This document shows, piece after piece, positions 7,282 to 14,490 of a DNA stretch of 16,956 nt (its first letter is position 1; the number at the start of each line of letters is the position of its first letter). The notes below the pieces were generated by a model, which was given only the letters and a program-made list of their open reading frames with translations, did no database searches and was not told the origin of the DNA. The position numbers and the translations under genes were made by a program. The DNA is from a virus (taxonomy: Duplodnaviria; Heunggongvirae; Uroviricota; Caudoviricetes). Location: positions 1 to 16,956 of the IMG/VR virus record IMGVR_UViG_2740892218_000013. One strand, written 5' to 3'.

Positions 7282-7731
7282 ATGGAAGAACAAGCAAACA
7301 AGATTCTCGTAGAACTACTGCAAAAAGCCAGTAATGGAATAGACGCGGCTGTTTCATTTAGCCAGGCACAGATTCCTGATGTTGTTCATCAGTTGCTGCT
7401 ATGGAATATGGTTGACAGTCTGATTAAAACATTAATAGCCATTCTAACAATCCCACTGGTTTTCTGGTTTATGAAGAAGCAGTGCCAAAGAGTTGAGATA
7501 GGTAAAATCGGTAATGAAGGATATTCATGGGAGAAGGGAAATCCCAAATACAGGCCGACAATGGTTTGGGATAGCAAAGGTGATATTAATCTTCTTATCA
7601 TGCCATTGGTTGGAGTTTTGACTCTGTGGGGGATTTTTATTATTGGTGCAGTAACCAATATGACTTGGTTAAAAATTTGGCTGGCTCCAAAGCTTTACCT
7701 TATCGAATATGCAGCATCATTGGTTAAGTAA
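7282..7731 (+). CDS. Multi-pass inner-membrane protein, 149 aa; candidate superinfection-exclusion protein
   Basis: AAGGTGA SD; two or three hydrophobic helices; followed by a terminator; lies where lambda has sieB. No sequence identity recognised. Confidence 0.55.
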   Translation: MEEQANKILVELLQKASNGIDAAVSFSQAQIPDVVHQLLLWNMVDSLIKTLIAILTIPLVFWFMKKQCQRVEIGKIGNEGYSWEKGNPKYRPTMVWDSKGDINLLIMPLVGVLTLWGIFIIGAVTNMTWLKIWLAPKLYLIEYAASLVK

Positions 7732-7736
7732 TTTCA

Positions 7737-7764
7737 GGCCGCATAGTCGGCCTTTATTTTTGGC
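7737..7764 (+). terminator. Rho-independent terminator
   Basis: Stem AGGCCG (7737-7742) / CGGCCT (7749-7754), loop CATAGT, then TTATTTTTGG. Confidence 0.55.
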
Positions 7765-7880
7765 ATAAACAACAGAATAAATACTGCACTGTGTATTCAT
7801 TCCGACGAGTGAATACACGGAGCAATGTCGCTCGTAACTAAACAGGAGCCGACTTGTTCTGATTATTGGAAATCTTCTTT

Positions 7881-7907
7881 GCCCTCCAGTGTGAGGGCGA
7901 TTTTTTT
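7881..7907 (+). terminator. Rho-independent terminator immediately upstream of the 7920 gene's SD
   Basis: Stem GCCCTC (7881-7886) / GAGGGC (7893-7898), loop CAGTGT, then GATTTTTTT; GGAGGA SD follows directly. Confidence 0.55.
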
Positions 7908-7919
7908 GATGGAGGATAT

Positions 7920-8888
7920 ATGAGTGAAGTAACAGACTTAGTTGTTATTGAAAAAGCAAATGCAATGACTGTATTTCAGTCTGCAGACCAGATTGAAGAA
8001 ATCCTTCAAAAGGTTGAACGTGAAGTTATGTCCTTTGTGCCTGATATCACAACGGCAAAGGGCAGAAAGGAGATCGCTTCTCTGGCGTATAAAGTTGCGC
8101 AGACGAAAACATATCTCGATGGTCTTGGCAAAGACCTTGTTGCTGAACTGAAGGAAATTCCAAAGCTAATTGATGCCAACCGCAAGACAGTGCGCGATCG
8201 CCTTGATGAACTGAAAGCCAAGGCGCGCCAGCCTCTTACTGATTATGAGGAAGAACAGGCGCGGATTAAAGCCGAAGAAGAAGCTAAGGCAGCAGCTGAA
8301 GCTCTCGCAAAGCAAATTGAGTCTGACCATGAAATAGCTATTTTGATGGATCGCGAATTTGACCGCCAAAGAGAAGAGGCAAGACTCAAAGCGGAGCAGG
8401 AAAAGCGAGAGCATGAAGAACGATTAAAAAGAGAAGCTGAAGAGAAAGCCAGAGCAGAAGCCGAAGCAAAGGCAAAAGCCGAAATTGAAGCAGCAGCAAG
8501 GCGAGAAGCAGAAGCTAAGGCCGCAGCGGAACGTGCAGAGCGTGAACGCATTGAAGCCGAGCAACGAGCACAGCGCGAAGCAAAAGAGGCAGCAGAACGA
8601 GCTGAAAGAGAAAAGCAGGCAGCAATTGAAGCAGAACGCAGAAAAGCACAGGAGGAGGCTGAACGAATCCGTCGCGAGGCTGAAGCAAAAGAGCAAGCCA
8701 GAATAGCAGAAGAAAAAAGAATCAAGGACGAAGAAGATCGTAGAGCAAAGGATAAAGCTCACCGGAAAGAAGTAAATAACAAAATACTTGCTGACCTTAT
8801 CAAGGTTGGCGCATCAGAAGATGTTGCTAAAAATATCATAACAGCCATCGTAAAAGGCGAAGTATTCGCAACAAAAATAACCTACTAA
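7920..8888 (+). CDS. Coiled-coil protein, 322 aa, with long E/A/K/R-rich central repeat region
   Basis: ATG at 7920 after GGAGGA. Globular N-terminal ~110 aa, ~170 aa of EAKA/REAE-type repeats, short conserved C-terminal tail. Function unknown; sits just upstream of cIII. Confidence 0.65.
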   Translation: MSEVTDLVVIEKANAMTVFQSADQIEEILQKVEREVMSFVPDITTAKGRKEIASLAYKVAQTKTYLDGLGKDLVAELKEIPKLIDANRKTVRDRLDELKAKARQPLTDYEEEQARIKAEEEAKAAAEALAKQIESDHEIAILMDREFDRQREEARLKAEQEKREHEERLKREAEEKARAEAEAKAKAEIEAAARREAEAKAAAERAERERIEAEQRAQREAKEAAERAEREKQAAIEAERRKAQEEAERIRREAEAKEQARIAEEKRIKDEEDRRAKDKAHRKEVNNKILADLIKVGASEDVAKNIITAIVKGEVFATKITY

Positions 8889-8912
8889 TAAAACCAACAT
8901 AAGGAACCACCC

Positions 8913-9059
8913 ATGATTTACGCAATCGCGGGAGGCGCTCGCATGGGTGCCTTCCAATTAAATGAATCTTTACTTGAACGAATCACCCGTAAATTACGTG
9001 ACGGATGGAAACGACTCATCGACGTACTTAATCAGCCAGGATTTCCAAAAAATGGATAA
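8913..9059 (+). CDS. cIII: CIII (protects CII from FtsH), 48 aa
   Basis: Not in the ORF track. AAGGAA SD 6 nt upstream; translation MIYAIAGGARMGAFQLNESLLERITRKLRDGWKRLIDVLNQPGFPKNG matches the lambda CIII core (ESLLERITRKLRDGWKRLIDILNQPG) as recalled. Confidence 0.85.
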   Translation: MIYAIAGGARMGAFQLNESLLERITRKLRDGWKRLIDVLNQPGFPKNG

Positions 9060-9165
9060 AACACTTATGGCTATCCAGACTAAATTCACTATCGCCACTT
9101 TTATTGGCGATGAAAAGATGTTTCGTGAGGCCGTCGAGGCCTACAGGAAATGGAGGTCAAAATGA
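9052..9165 (+). CDS. kil: Kil-like host-killing protein, 37 aa
   Basis: Internal Met of the track ORF 8962-9165; MDKTLMAIQTKFTIATFIGDEKMFREAVEAYRKWRSK resembles the lambda Kil N-terminus as recalled; start overlaps the cIII stop. Confidence 0.6.
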   Translation: MDKTLMAIQTKFTIATFIGDEKMFREAVEAYRKWRSK

Positions 9166-9350
9166 TTCCGGTAGAACTGGCGAAAACTCCAGAGTTAAGT
9201 CGATTAAAAAGAGAATATCACATTGCTGAGGCTCGTTACTGGCGTAAAGCGGGAGATAAATCAAAGAAACAACTTTGTTTATGGCAGGCACAAAGAGAGC
9301 GCATGAATGAGCGAGAGTTTCTTTCCTCCCCATCCGAATTACCATTCTGA
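9162..9350 (+). CDS. Hypothetical protein, 62 aa
   Basis: ATG at 9162 with GGAGG 5 nt upstream; start overlaps the kil stop; in the lambda gam position but not Gam-like. Confidence 0.45.
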   Translation: MIPVELAKTPELSRLKREYHIAEARYWRKAGDKSKKQLCLWQAQRERMNEREFLSSPSELPF

Positions 9351-9358
9351 GGCAAATT

Positions 9359-10039
9359 ATGGGAACTGCAACATTAATACTCGGTGAGTCTGGCACCGGA
9401 AAATCAACCAGCATGAGAAATATCAATCCAGAGGAAGCAATACTTATAAAACCAATAGGCAAGCCGCTACCATTTAAATCAAAAGACTGGCTGGCATGGG
9501 ATGCCAGAGCAAAAAAAGGAACCGTAGTTACCACTGACAAATGGGATGTAATAGTTGCCGTAATTAAGCGTGCTCACGAATACGGGAAAAGAATCGTTAT
9601 TGTTGATGACTTCCAGTATGTGATGAGCAATGAGTTTATGCGCCGCTCAGAAGAAAAATCGTTTGATAAATTCACTGAGATAGGCCGTCACGCATGGGAG
9701 GTCATTAAGGCTGCACAAGATGCACCTGATGACCTGAGAGTCTATTTTCTTGCGCACACCGAAGAAACCCCTATGGGGCGCGTGAAAATGAAAACTATCG
9801 GCAAAATGCTGGACGAGAAGATCACTGTTGAAGGCATGTTTACTATAGTTCTTCGCACCCTTACCCGTGATGACCAGTTCTTTTTCACCACGAAAAACAA
9901 CGGTGCAGACACTGTTAAATCCCCAATGGGAATGTTTGATTCCAATGAGATTGATAACGATCTCTCTTTCGTCGATGCCACTGTTTGTGATTACTACGGC
10001 ATCAATAATGTTCATCAAATTAAGGAAAACGCCGCATGA
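9359..10039 (+). CDS. Sak4-type RecA-like ATPase (phage single-strand annealing recombinase family), 226 aa
   Basis: Walker A GESGTGKST near the N-terminus, Walker B IVIVDD, ~225 aa core-only size; lies where lambda has bet/exo. Confidence 0.7.
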   Translation: MGTATLILGESGTGKSTSMRNINPEEAILIKPIGKPLPFKSKDWLAWDARAKKGTVVTTDKWDVIVAVIKRAHEYGKRIVIVDDFQYVMSNEFMRRSEEKSFDKFTEIGRHAWEVIKAAQDAPDDLRVYFLAHTEETPMGRVKMKTIGKMLDEKITVEGMFTIVLRTLTRDDQFFFTTKNNGADTVKSPMGMFDSNEIDNDLSFVDATVCDYYGINNVHQIKENAA

Positions 10040-10623
10040 GCAACGTAATTTTTACTTATAACGAAGAAGCAGCACTGACCGCAGGGCAAGGTGGTTTTAT
10101 TAACGAAACTGGCGCTCATATCATTACCATTACTGAAGCAGAACTAAAGCAATCAGAAAAAGGCGCAAAATTTATTGAGTTTTCTGGCGAATCCGACGAC
10201 GGACGTAAAATACAATATCTTAGCGTTTGTGTTCAGAAAAATGACGGAACGGAAAACAAATTTGGCGCAAATGTCGTTCACGCCATGATGGGGTGTGCCG
10301 GTATTGGACAATTAACGCAACATATGGTTTCCGCCAGTAAATTTGTTGCACCTGAATTTCATGGAAAGAAAATCGGGTTAGTGCTCCAGAAAGTATTAAC
10401 CACAAACAAAAAGACTGGCGCAGACAGCTACCAGATGGAAATACGCATCCCGTTTATTGCACAAACAGGTCAAACCCTTAAAGAAAAGGCGGAAGGCAAG
10501 CAACCAGAAACTATCGCCAACATGGTTGCCAGCCTCAAAGATAAAGACAATCGCTCTAAAAACGTAAGCCAGAATCATGCAGATGATTATGGTTACAGCC
10601 AGAACGATTACCCTCCTTTCTGA
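10036..10623 (+). CDS. Putative ssDNA-binding protein partner of Sak4, 195 aa, with SSB-like acidic tail ending in Phe
   Basis: Translationally coupled to the Sak4-like gene (ATGA overlap). C-terminus ...HADDYGYSQNDYPPF resembles the SSB and T7 gp2.5 acidic tail with terminal aromatic residue. OB fold not verifiable by eye. Confidence 0.4.
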   Translation: MSNVIFTYNEEAALTAGQGGFINETGAHIITITEAELKQSEKGAKFIEFSGESDDGRKIQYLSVCVQKNDGTENKFGANVVHAMMGCAGIGQLTQHMVSASKFVAPEFHGKKIGLVLQKVLTTNKKTGADSYQMEIRIPFIAQTGQTLKEKAEGKQPETIANMVASLKDKDNRSKNVSQNHADDYGYSQNDYPPF

Positions 10624-10646
10624 TTACTGAAAATAAGGCTCCCATT

Positions 10647-10943
10647 ATGCCAGCGCCTCTGTATGGTGCGGATGACCCGCGCAACTGCTCCGGTAGCTCC
10701 AAGGCGGAGGTGCTGGAAAATATCAAAAACAATTTCGACGCGTTTCTTGCTCTGACGCCAGAAACAAAAGCAGAACGGATGTACCGACGCGATATACAAC
10801 TCGCGCTAAAACAGGAGAAGGACCGAACAAACGAAACAGCAATGAGACCGTTGCGAAAAGCGACAATAGACAAATTCCCTGAATATATCGACCCGCGCCT
10901 GCGTAATTACCGCTCACGCTATGGCGCTATCAGTAATGACTGA
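10647..10943 (+). CDS. Hypothetical protein, 98 aa
   Basis: ORF in operon orientation with an upstream purine-rich tract; no motif recognised. Confidence 0.45.
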   Translation: MPAPLYGADDPRNCSGSSKAEVLENIKNNFDAFLALTPETKAERMYRRDIQLALKQEKDRTNETAMRPLRKATIDKFPEYIDPRLRNYRSRYGAISND

Positions 10944-10953
10944 GGAATTTACC

Positions 10954-11118
10954 ATGAGAGGACTTGCATACAATCCCGGCATTCTTCCGGCAGAAATGAT
11001 TATTCGCCAACGCGTAAAGCCAATGCCATCGAGAGAGGAATTGCTTAAGAGAAATTCTTTTCCATCAGTGAATCAAAACAAATATCTGAATGCGATGTGG
11101 CGGAGTGGGAAGAAATGA
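10954..11118 (+). CDS. Hypothetical small protein, 54 aa
   Basis: Internal ATG of track ORF 10921-11118, preceded by GAGGAA at 6-nt spacing. Confidence 0.3.
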   Translation: MRGLAYNPGILPAEMIIRQRVKPMPSREELLKRNSFPSVNQNKYLNAMWRSGKK

Positions 11119-11786
11119 AACAAATGTCACTAATTGAGATGGATGGTTTTCTGAAAGGTAAATGCATCCCAAGTGATTTAAAGGTTAACGAAACAAACGC
11201 TGAATATCTTGTCCGTAAGTTCGGTGAACTTGAATCAAAACTAGAAACGGCGTTGCGGGAGTGTCGTTCTGCTGGAATCACGATTGATAACCTTGAGGCC
11301 AAGTGCGCGGCGCTGGCAGCGGAGAATGCAAGACTGAAGGCCGGGGCTATGTATTTCTCATATGGCTCTGAATTTAGTTTCGAGTGTCACAAAACTGCTG
11401 AGGAGGCTATCGCTGCTGCTGAGGCTGCAATTGACGACTATAGAGGCGATGCTTGCGATGGATGGAGCGAAGAGGTCGAAAGCATTTGCTGGGGGGTAAT
11501 TATTCAGCAGGCAACCAAGGTCGGTGAACGCAAGAAGAGGAAATGCGACAGAGTATCACCATGGATTGAAAGAGTTTGTGATTATGAGCTTCGACCTAAT
11601 GTCGAAACCCCAGCCACCGATGCTTTCCTGGCTGAAGTACGAGCGCAGGGCGTGGAGATGTTTGCACAGAAATGTAACTCAAAATCCGAACAGTCATTTG
11701 CATCTGATATACGCGATAACTGGAAACTACTCGGTGAACATGCCACTGACTTTGCCGCAGAGCTTCGCAAAGGAGGCAACCAGTGA
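11097..11786 (+). CDS. Coiled-coil protein, possibly Ead/Ea22-like; start uncertain (11097 or 11115)
   Basis: Central coiled-coil ([39 protein letters not shown]); position between the recombination module and xis. Confidence 0.5.
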   Translation: MAEWEEMKQMSLIEMDGFLKGKCIPSDLKVNETNAEYLVRKFGELESKLETALRECRSAGITIDNLEAKCAALAAENARLKAGAMYFSYGSEFSFECHKTAEEAIAAAEAAIDDYRGDACDGWSEEVESICWGVIIQQATKVGERKKRKCDRVSPWIERVCDYELRPNVETPATDAFLAEVRAQGVEMFAQKCNSKSEQSFASDIRDNWKLLGEHATDFAAELRKGGNQ

Positions 11787-12052
11787 GTGAGTCAAAATGC
11801 CAAATTAATGGCAACAAGATAGAACCGTGCGCGGCTTTGGCAAAATCTCTCGAATATGGAAATCCAACATTCAAGAGTAAAGGCATATTTATCCCGGAAC
11901 GTGTGAACATAAACACCGGCGAGTCAGGCATAGATATTGCTCAAATTCACTCTGGGCAATATATCGGTCGTGGTGTTGCAATGTGTTTTTGCCCGTTCTG
12001 TGGTGAAAGTCTGAAAACGTGGGAAGCGGAGGCAACCAGTGAGCGAGATTGA
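11783..12052 (+). CDS. Hypothetical protein, 89 aa, GTG start
   Basis: Starts with GGAGGCAACCA-GTG-AGT-GAG overlapping the upstream stop; contains a CxxC pair (CPFCGE). Confidence 0.45.
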   Translation: MSESKCQINGNKIEPCAALAKSLEYGNPTFKSKGIFIPERVNINTGESGIDIAQIHSGQYIGRGVAMCFCPFCGESLKTWEAEATSERD

Positions 12053-12620
12053 CTATCAGGCACTGCGTGCTAAGGCAGAAAAAGCAACGTGTGGTGTGTG
12101 GTCGCTCGAATATGGAGAGGAGAGATTTGATGCTGGTGATGCGCTAATTCATCGTGAAGTTGTTGGATATCTTCCCATTTGCAGAATTGAAGGAGCGCAT
12201 CCTGAAAGCGGTTTCGATGAAGATTTCCAAATGGAACAGCAGGCCAATGCTGAATTCATCGCCGCAGCCAATCCCGCTACCGTCTTGGCGCTGCTGGATG
12301 AACGGGAAAGAAACCAGCAATACATAAAACGCCGTGACCAGGAGAACGAGGATATTGCGCTAACGGTAGGGAAGCTGCGCGTTGAGCTTGAAGCAGCAAA
12401 ATCAAAACTCAACGAGCAGCGTGAATATTACGAGGGAGTAATCGCGGATGGAAGTAAGCGCATAGCAGAACTGGAGGAGCGGGAAATACTGCTCCCGGAA
12501 CGTAGCAGTATGCTTCATCGAACAGATTTTCACGAGGATTACCAAACGGTAATGGCATACAAAGTTTCTGAGGTCATCGCTGCAATCCGCGCCGCTGGCA
12601 TTCGCATCAAAGGAGAGTGA
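12039..12620 (+). CDS. Ead/Ea22-like family protein, 193 aa, GTG start
   Basis: Motif EFIAAANPATVLALLDE followed by coiled-coil, typical of Ea22-like prophage proteins as recalled; same SD-GTG-MSE start cassette as the previous gene. Confidence 0.55.
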   Translation: MSEIDYQALRAKAEKATCGVWSLEYGEERFDAGDALIHREVVGYLPICRIEGAHPESGFDEDFQMEQQANAEFIAAANPATVLALLDERERNQQYIKRRDQENEDIALTVGKLRVELEAAKSKLNEQREYYEGVIADGSKRIAELEEREILLPERSSMLHRTDFHEDYQTVMAYKVSEVIAAIRAAGIRIKGE

Positions 12621-12621
12621 G

Positions 12622-12819
12622 ATGGACAAAAACACACCTGCTTACTGGAGTCTGTCACTTGATACCGAATGTCCAAAATGTGGTCACAATTTCGATCTGC
12701 TTTGTGATCCAGATTTCTGGGAGTTTTCTGGAGCTAAACAGGCATGTGAAGAAATAAAAGGTTACGAAACATGCTGTCCAGAATGTAACCATGAATTTAA
12801 AACAGATTTCGTGTATTGA
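12622..12819 (+). CDS. Small zinc-ribbon protein, 65 aa
   Basis: Two Cys pairs (CPKCGH ... CCPECNH); tightly packed after the upstream gene. Confidence 0.5.
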   Translation: MDKNTPAYWSLSLDTECPKCGHNFDLLCDPDFWEFSGAKQACEEIKGYETCCPECNHEFKTDFVY

Positions 12820-12829
12820 GGCATAACAA

Positions 12830-13282
12830 ATGACCACTATTACCAGAGAACAAGCTCTGAAAATTATTGAGGCAGCCGATGAGGTTATTAGTGCGCTGGC
12901 CGGAACTAATGAGGATGTTCACCCTGGTAGCGATAACATGCTACGCCTGTGGGATGACCTGAATGACCGTTACGCGCCGCCGGAAGTTGTGCGTGAGCTG
13001 GCACGGATTGCACTGGCATCACTGGAAGCAAAACCAATAGGTGCTTTCCACATTGCAGAACAGCAGGTCGATGGCACAAGTGACTACATCAAGGATGGGG
13101 AGTGGCCTATTGATAATGGGACAATTGAAGTATACGCCGCCCCTCCAGCGCCAGTAGTACCGGAAGAAAAACCAATGCCTAACCCTCTTAGCATGTACAC
13201 AGTTGATGCTGTTGCAGCTATTGCAGAGGTGAGAGGCTGGAACGCCTGCCGTGCAGCCATGCTTAAGGGAGATAAATCATGA
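12830..13282 (+). CDS. Hypothetical protein, 150 aa
   Basis: ORF in operon orientation; stop overlaps the next start (ATGA). Confidence 0.5.
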   Translation: MTTITREQALKIIEAADEVISALAGTNEDVHPGSDNMLRLWDDLNDRYAPPEVVRELARIALASLEAKPIGAFHIAEQQVDGTSDYIKDGEWPIDNGTIEVYAAPPAPVVPEEKPMPNPLSMYTVDAVAAIAEVRGWNACRAAMLKGDKS

Positions 13283-13629
13283 TTAATCGAACCAAACTGG
13301 AGCACATCCTCGAGTATGCCAGGCAGCAGAGGCGCTTTGGCCAGCTTTGTAAAATTCTGCCAGGAGATATGGTTGAAATCGTGGAGATTGCCATGCGTAA
13401 GACTGGCAACTCTCCGGTAAGTCCGGGTGGTTGGATAAGCTGTAGTGAGCGAATGCCCGCTCAAGATGATTGGATTTTAATTTATTCAAAGCACGGTGAG
13501 TATATGGCAGGACAGGTACAAGAGGAATACGTGGAGTTGAGCGACGGCACTTTATCGTGGTTAGGGAACGCCTTGTACTGGATGCTGCTACCAGAACCGC
13601 CGCAGGGAGTGAATGATGAATTGGCCTGA
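13279..13629 (+). CDS. DUF551-like prophage protein, 116 aa
   Basis: Motif WISCSERMP...DDWILIY resembles the DUF551 signature (W.S..ERLP) as recalled. Confidence 0.5.
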   Translation: MINRTKLEHILEYARQQRRFGQLCKILPGDMVEIVEIAMRKTGNSPVSPGGWISCSERMPAQDDWILIYSKHGEYMAGQVQEEYVELSDGTLSWLGNALYWMLLPEPPQGVNDELA

Positions 13630-13699
13630 AGCATTCACCGCTGTAGGAGTTGCAATCGCGGTGGCATTTATTCTGTATTCGCTTTTCCGCTGGGGATAA
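13616..13699 (+). CDS. Possible small single-TM peptide, 27 aa
   Basis: Not in the ORF track. ATG 13616 (alternative 13613) after GGGAG; translation MNWPEAFTAVGVAIAVAFILYSLFRWG; overlaps the upstream gene's end and stops 4 nt before the next start. Confidence 0.3.
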   Translation: MNWPEAFTAVGVAIAVAFILYSLFRWG

Positions 13700-13703
13700 A
13701 GGA

Positions 13704-13946
13704 ATGTTCGCTCTGATTCAACGTGGTCAGATATACACCGATAGCGCCGGCTACCCGATAAAAATTCTTCGCTGCATAAACAACACTGTGTTGTACAGAA
13801 GAATGGATGGGCGAACACAGTCGGTAAAAATAAACGATTTTAATGAACTGTTTGAACGGATCGATCACCAGGAATACCGACAAATTCTGGCTGAAACAGA
13901 GCAGGAGAACCATCTGAAAAAATTACGCGCCATGCAAAGGAGATAA
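13704..13946 (+). CDS. Hypothetical protein, 80 aa
   Basis: Internal ATG of track ORF 13650-13946 (MFALIQRGQIY...), placed directly after the small peptide stop. Confidence 0.45.
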   Translation: MFALIQRGQIYTDSAGYPIKILRCINNTVLYRRMDGRTQSVKINDFNELFERIDHQEYRQILAETEQENHLKKLRAMQRR

Positions 13947-14007
13947 ACCGGTAAAGGTGTTCGCGATAAAGGTGAATATCGGCAATGAATAACAATCCTC
14001 GCACTCG

Positions 14008-14032
14008 CGGGGATTTATTTTATCTGAACTCG
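14008..14032 (+). terminator. Possible Rho-independent terminator
   Basis: Stem ACTCGC (14008-14013) / GCGAGT (14018-14023), loop TACG, then TTTGTTTTAT. Confidence 0.4.
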
Positions 14033-14064
14033 CTACGGCGAGTTTTGTTTTATGGAGATGATAA

Positions 14065-14232
14065 ATGCACTTCCGAGTCACAGGTGAATGGAATGGAGAA
14101 CCATTCAACAGAGTTATCGAAGCGGAGAACATCAACGACTGCTACGACCACTGGATGATATGGGCACAGATAGCACATGCAGACGTAACCAATATTCGAA
14201 TTGAAGAACTGAAAGAACACCAAGCCGCCTGA
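14065..14232 (+). CDS. Hypothetical small protein, 55 aa
   Basis: Not in the ORF track. ATG at 14065 with GGAGATGA upstream; translation MHFRVTGEWNGEPFNRVIEAENINDCYDHWMIWAQIAHADVTNIRIEELKEHQAA; stop lies in the loop of a terminator hairpin. Confidence 0.45.
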   Translation: MHFRVTGEWNGEPFNRVIEAENINDCYDHWMIWAQIAHADVTNIRIEELKEHQAA

Positions 14233-14247
14233 TGGCGGTTTTTTCTT
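14223..14247 (+). terminator. Rho-independent terminator upstream of xis
   Basis: Stem CCGCC (14225-14229) / GGCGG (14234-14238), loop TGAT, then TTTTTTCTT. Confidence 0.55.
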
Positions 14248-14271
14248 GCGTGTAATTGCGGAGACTTTGCG

Positions 14272-14490
14272 ATGTACTTGACACTTCAGGAGTGGAACGC
14301 ACGCCAGCGACGCCCAAGAAGCCTTGAAACAGTTCGTCGATGGGTTCGCGAATGCAGGATATTCCCACCTCCGGTTAAGGATGGAAGAGAGTATCTGTTC
14401 CACGAATCAGCGGTAAAGGTTGACTTAAATCGACCAGTAACAGGTAGCCTTTTGAAGAGGATCAGAAATGGGAAGAAGGCGAAGTCATGA
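14272..14490 (+). CDS. xis: Excisionase Xis, lambda type, 72 aa
   Basis: MYLTLQEWNARQRRPRSLETVRRWVRECRIFPPPVKDGREYLFHESAVKVDLNRPVTG.LLKRIRNGKKAKS is essentially lambda Xis as recalled; overlaps the int start by 23 bp as in lambda. Confidence 0.9.
   Translation: MYLTLQEWNARQRRPRSLETVRRWVRECRIFPPPVKDGREYLFHESAVKVDLNRPVTGSLLKRIRNGKKAKS

Noticed and set aside
7389-7658. Minus-strand ORF 7389-7658 inside the membrane-protein gene
   Set aside because: Fully overlaps a better-supported plus-strand gene with SD and terminator; no start signal.
8006-8762. Several ORFs overlapping the 7920-8888 gene (minus-strand 8006-8221, 8166-8414, 8243-8725, 8424-8762; plus-strand 8485-8706) with Ser/Ala/Cys/Phe-rich low-complexity translations
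   Set aside because: They are other-frame readings of the repetitive GAA/GCA/AAG-rich coiled-coil coding DNA, have no start signals, and overlap a much better-supported gene.
8962-9165. Track ORF 8962-9165 as a single 67-aa protein
   Set aside because: The ATG at 8962 has no SD. The region is better explained by cIII (8913-9059, different frame, strong SD, clear lambda CIII similarity) followed by a Kil-like ORF starting at the internal Met 9052.
9157-10405. Antisense ORFs within the Sak4 and SSB-like genes (9157-9540, 9647-10018, 9742-9981, 10220-10405) and plus-strand 9867-10061
   Set aside because: Overlap well-supported operon-strand genes, lack RBS, and would require transcription against the pL operon.
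10396-12837. Assorted antisense or other-frame ORFs in the ea region (for example 10396-10578, 10556-10873, 10723-10917, 11045-11302, 11524-11790, 11582-11931, 12149-12412, 12402-12635, 12655-12837)
   Set aside because: Each overlaps a tightly packed, translationally coupled series of plus-strand genes; none has a convincing start context.
13084-14403. Minus-strand ORFs 13084-13464, 13283-13489, 13588-13818, 13668-13913, 13923-14135, 14050-14403 and 14132-14368
   Set aside because: Antisense to the plus-strand gene series and to xis; several cross terminator hairpins; no RBS.
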